From the NCBI RefSeq assembly GCF_000143415.4, contig NW_003314297.1:372001-436000 (forward strand): 64,000 nucleotides of DNA. The letters run 5' to 3'. The translations under genes and the position numbers were made by a program. Numbering within the stretch: the first letter of the stretch is position 1; every line of letters begins with the position of its first letter. The DNA comes from Selaginella moellendorffii (taxonomy: Eukaryota; Plantae; Lycopodiophyta). This document shows positions 59,057-64,000 of this stretch, piece by piece. The notes beneath the pieces were generated by a model. That model searched no databases. It worked only from the letters and a program-made list of their open reading frames with translations, and was not told the DNA's origin.

Positions 59057-61881
59057 TTAATGAATCTCACCTTGAACCCGGGATATGAATGCTCTTGCTA
59101 CATCTCTTGCATGGTCTGGCAAGGTGATGGTGGCACTCTGCTTCCGCATCCAACCATGCACAACATTATCCACCGATATGCTCATGCTGGGATCCCTTGG
59201 ATTCAGCACCCATCTCTTTTCTAGGCAATCCTTCGTATATCCGGAACTTGGCTTGAACCACTCCACAGTTACATTGAAGGAGTTAGTTTCCGCGTCCTCC
59301 TCTGCATCAGTGATGCAGCGCCCCACCCATATCATTTGTTTTTTATTACTGGGTCTAACAAGCACGACCATTCCTTTGCAGACCTGTACTGGATTGAATG
59401 CTGAATCCGGCTTCTTGTTCCTCGGCCCACAATAGTGATCCTCAACATCGCTATCTGTCACTGCATTTCCAGAGGACATTGTTCCGCTACTATCTGGTGC
59501 TCTGGGTTCTGGCCAAAAGGACTCTTCCAATTCTTCATATACAACCGGCCCATTTTGGATAGCAGATATAATCTTCTCCCAGTATTCGAGCAAAGGCTTG
59601 CACCTCTGAAAATAGGATTCTCCACCAAACACCAACCCCCTCTTCCAGAAGGCAATATGTTGTCTAATCCTGGCCACTATACTTTCCTGGTCTTTGAGTC
59701 CATCTGGGTGCATCGGCCGTGGGGAACCCTAAGGAATCATAGGTTCCCCAGTTATGGGATCTCTCTTGAAGAGTTCAATGCCGTCCACTAGCAGCCACAC
59801 TGTGTCCCATTCTCTCATCTTGTACCTCATCACTGGAGCACCCTCACGCATGCTGAAATGAAACTGAAGAGGCTTGGAGTGGCCAATCAGCGTTTTGGAT
59901 CCGTCCCTGATGTAGCCTCTCACAAACCCCTTAAAGTTTGGAACCTCTGTCACAAGTGCAGCTTCAACAGTGCCTTTGATGCAATTTTGGAATTCATCGT
60001 AGAGTTGTGGGAGGGTGAGGACATTGGATCGCCGGAGGGACTCTGCCAGGTGACTGAACATGGCATCGACGTCTTCATGAGTGTGCCCAACCATGAGAAA
60101 GCCAAGTGTAACCATTTCAAATATGCCTTTGGCAACAAGCATCGCCAAGTACGCGAAGACGTACATGTTTTTGTTCTCACTGCCAGCATTGTCTGTTTGG
60201 AGCAGAAGATGGGGTGGAAGGCCACATCGGCCGCAAGAACTTCCTTGAGATTCTGCTTCGTTTGGATGAGGCTGTGCATTTATCGGGCGACCAGCCTCGT
60301 CGGAATGGTATGAGGCCTCACGTGATAACCCTACAATCTGACGGCCAACATATTCACTGGGATGGCATGGGGCCCCACGCGATACTGCAAGCCTTTGCTC
60401 CTCCTCTAGCTGAACCCTGTATGGGGTTCGATTGACAAGGGCCTTATGCAAGGGTTGGCCATTCAGCTCAGTCTGCACACTTTGCAGAGACCTTAAGTGT
60501 TTTGCTAGGGACGCAATCATCATGTTTGCACCCCCGCCACCCCATAGAGGTACAAAGAAGTTCCCATAGTTCTGGGCACCATGCCCATGAGCAATTATGC
60601 CAAACAGAGACACAGGCAGCTGCATGGATGAAGAGATTGCCTTGGGGGCAGGATTGAGTCGAGGTAAGCACGTCTTTTCTGGTCCATTTTGTCGTGGATG
60701 ATGCAGAGGTAAGAGTCAGGTCTCTCCATGGAGAGAATCCTGTTATGATAATATGTAGTCCTGCAACTTCTTTGCTCAATGTTGTGGTCGAGCCGCCTTC
60801 TAACCAACGTCTCTCGCTCTTGAGCGATGCAAGAATTCTTCGACAAAGCCATTTTGATAGCAGTGCACTCGTCACACTTTGAAAAGCTGGAGTACTTTCC
60901 TATACTCACATCCCTGAACCTGTTGCTCCACAATCTACTAAATCTAGATTGGCTCAGCTTCCTGTAGCCATTACTCTGGAGTTCCCGATTCACATCTTCC
61001 AATATGGCCCCCTTGGTATACATGGAAGGGAGAACTCGTTGGGTGTCTCGAGTTCCATCTTCCAAGAGGCGGGTTTTATGTGGTTGCTGCTCGCTACATG
61101 TCTCGACAAACCTCTTGAAGATTGCCTCTCCATATACAACATGACCCCTGGTTTTGTGAGTACCGTCGTTCCTATGGACTGCCTATTGAACCCTTTGTTC
61201 CTCGAACTCAGTTTTGATTCTGTAGAATGTGGTTCGAGGGACTCCATAAATGATTCTCCATGCCTTCATGCAGACCAAACCCCTCTGGAAGACCATGCCC
61301 CCCACCTGATATTCTGAAGCATCAACAGATAACCGTAATGCCTCATACACAAAATTGCGAGCTGCCTTCCAGGACAATGTCTTGTATCTTGCTCTCTCCT
61401 CTTCAATAGCATCCCAATTAGCATGTTGACAGCACCTCCTCTTGCAACAAGCAACTGTCGAGACCATTCGAACCTCCATCGCCATTTTCTGCCTTTTCGG
61501 TTCGTTGCTCAGATCCCTTTGGCTGCGCTTTAGGAAGGTGTACTTTCTTTTCCCATGAAGAGATGTTCTGTCATCAGTTGTAGTGGTGTTTGATTGTGAA
61601 TCCTTCACATTCTCAAACACTAAGTGCCTCAATTTCCACCGCACAATGCTTCCAATAGTCAGACTGTTTTCTTCTGTGTCAACAACCTCTAAAATCGCAA
61701 CTCCAATATCATCCCAGCCCAATTCTTGATTAGCAACCGCATCTCTTGGATCGACAACTGTGGCTAAGCCCTCAGCTACCACCTCCCCCTCGGGGTTGTT
61801 TAGAAACACCTTTGCCTGAATCCATGTAGCACGGTTCTTAAGATCCACGGAGGGAACATGCGTCGCACTTGCGGAGGCCAT
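59057..61881 (-). pseudogene. Sola-like DDD transposase (~940 codons, three lesions)
   Basis: CCKRRC; FSKCDEC; CIIHDKMDQ; LLLQTDNAGSENKN; GFLMVGHTHEDVDAMFS. Four listed ORFs join through stops at 61183-61185 and 59729-59731 and a 1-nt frameshift at ~60675-60678. Confidence 0.8.
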
Positions 61882-63066
61882 TCTGAAAGTGCAGAAAAGA
61901 AGTTAAGACCATACAAAAAATGATTGGAGAATGGCCTAAATCATAACATACCAAACAACCTCAATAGCATGAGGCCACATGCCATTATTCAAACATGCTA
62001 TTGACACCCACGTGAAATTTCACATTCACAAAATTGGCATGAGGCCTCATGCCATCTTGATAAACACACAGCTATAGGCAGGTAAAGAAACTATTGGCAA
62101 TATGCTAGTGATGAACTTGCAAGCCCCAAGATGGCATGAGCCCTCATACCATTAGTGGTACCGTAGCGCCGCTCGCACCACCGCAACTGCTCGTAGCGCC
62201 GCTCGCACAAACTGCCACTCGCATAAACTGCCACTCGCAATGGCGCTCGCAATGCCGCAACCGCTCGTAGACGCATAAACCACAGCTCACAACGCCGCTT
62301 ACACAAGCAGCGCTCACTGCACTCAGCGGAACCAAGAACACGACGCACAAAAATGATAGACCTAGGAATGAGTTCGAGAATTCAAAAATAACACACGCTT
62401 GAACGTCACATCAAATCCTCTGACAAACCAAATCTTATGATTCCTCTGACAAATTTCAAACTGAGTAGCTTCTAGACTTTGCTGTCGGACGTTGAACTTT
62501 GTCACATCATATCCTTGCCTCGATCCAGCTGTGCCATGTCAGTGATTCGAACTTTGCCATGCCATGTCAGCGATCCGCGCCAAGATTATTCGCCGTGTAA
62601 AAGAATAATTATGCTGTGTGTGTACGTCCATTTATGGCAATATAAGGCCACACGCCATTCAAAGAATAATGCTAGTCGAGCATTTTTTGGTGCATTTTTG
62701 GGTTCAAAATTGCATGAGCCCACACGCTATAAAGTTTACCTGTACCAAAAATAGAAACAGCTATATTTATTTGGGAATTTAAGTGGTTGAGGCATTTTTA
62801 AACTTACAAACACATGCCCTACTTACATTCTTTTGGTTGCTTAAAATTCAAAAATATTATAAACCTTTCTTTTTGCATTTTCAATGTTTTCAATTATGGT
62901 TTTTGATTTTCGCAGGACCAGCCTAGTAATCTATTTGCATCCCGTCATGTTTATAGCTAGCTTTCGTTTGTCCCCTTCGCTAGCCTGAGATACATCTGCT
63001 CGGCATCTGCCTCTTACAGCATTTGCCCAGAAAGGGCATCTTTCTTCACGCAGCATTTGCCACATG

Positions 63067-63092
63067 TTTAGGGTTTAGGGTTTAGGGTTTAG
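63067..63092 (+). repeat. Interstitial plant telomeric repeat (TTTAGGG) x3.7 / telo-box
   Basis: TTTAGGGTTTAGGGTTTAGGGTTTAG. Confidence 0.9.
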
Positions 63093-63569
63093 CAATTCAG
63101 TAGCTTGATAAACATGCAAATACAGAACTTGATGCAAAATCCTTTGATATGTCACAATGCCCCTAGGACCATAAACACATTTCAATAGAGAGGGTCTTTT
63201 CATTTCATAACTCCTTACGTAGATCTTGGTGAAACCAGAGTTAATAAAATTGGTTTCTTGTGATCCCGCATCTGATTGTGATGTCCCTTTGCAGTGTCGA
63301 TGGAAAGGTCAATGCACACCAAACTGTAGAATCTTGGAGCAAAATAACGGTTGGATCTATGGCAAATGCCCCTGAAACATTGTAAGGCTCGTGTGGTCTC
63401 ATGTGGTGTCCGATCGAGATGCTTCTTTGCAGGGTCATCAAGAAGGACATTGTATACCATTCTTTATTTAGCTGAACATCTGGCATTTTTGGAAATACAA
63501 GATGCTTTGGAATATCCAATCATGCATGGTATAAATATAGCGAGGGTATTAAATGATATCTCAATCATG

Positions 63570-64000
63570 ATCTTTCTTTTGGATTTCGCGTGCATGCAGT
63601 CCGAGGAATGATGACATTGCGGATTTCTTTTGGATTTCACGTGCATGCATGCGCGCGGCGATCCAGAAATTAATGGTGGCGCCCAAGTCCAAGGAATGAT
63701 GACGTTGCGGGATTACTAACCGTCGTGACATTTCGCGCGTGTGAGGTTAGGTTTTGCATTTTGCTTCGTACTCGCGCTCGCATCGCGCTCCCACTCGCGA
63801 TCACGCTCACATTCGCGCTCATCTACCTTCTCTACAGGTTTCTCGTGTGCATCGGCGTCCACTCGCGCTTGCATCACACTCGCGCTCGCATCGCGCTTGC
63901 ATCACACTCGCGCTCGCATCGCGCTTGCATCGCGCTCCTGTGTATCGGCGTCCACTTCAAGACACACCCAGTTTGTAACTTCGCCGCCAACTCCGCCGCC
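63570..64000. repeat. CpG-rich short-repeat block, possibly the end of a young TE or a promoter
   Basis: Duplicated TTTTGGATTTC(G/A)CGTGCATGCA and GGAATGATGAC(A/G)TTGCGG; repeated CTCGCGCTCGCATCGCGCT. Confidence 0.6.

Larger units (their letters stand above)
57600..62730 (-). mobile_element. DNA transposon body defined by subterminal 20-bp palindromes; exact termini not found
   Basis: TGGCATGAGGCCTCATGCCA-like copies at 57655, 57971, 58060, 58658, 58818, 58964, 61965, 62035, 62132 and 62710. Confidence 0.6.

Noticed and set aside
57655-62729. Palindromic repeats resembling a CRISPR array
   Set aside because: Irregular spacing, degenerate copies, eukaryotic context and no cas genes.
63067-63092. 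True telomere
   Set aside because: Fewer than four repeats, with ordinary sequence on both sides.

Overview
Eukaryotic land-plant DNA. The ~50-65 nt GT-AG introns, TTTAGGG tract and TE families suggest a compact lycophyte genome such as Selaginella (inference). Bases 1-8740 hold the 3' part of an intact, many-intron BEACH-domain (BchC-type: ConA-like/PH/BEACH/WD40) gene. The rest is a nested transposon region. It contains at least four Ty3/gypsy elements: a full-length decayed Tcn1/sushi-like chromovirus with a self-priming PBS, a tRNA-iMet-primed chromovirus, a non-chromovirus with a clear -1 frameshift pseudoknot, and a short-LTR family. It also has several copies of a ~1.6 kb repeat-rich LTR, a 660 bp TRIM, an Ole e 1/extensin pseudogene next to an assembly gap, and a ~940-codon Sola-like DDD transposase flanked by about ten 20-bp palindromes. 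The most unexpected item is a decayed intron-containing gene at ~46.0-49.1 kb (minus strand) whose C-terminus reads as a beta-class N6-adenine/N4-cytosine DNA methyltransferase. All calls come from reading the sequence by eye; no searches were run.
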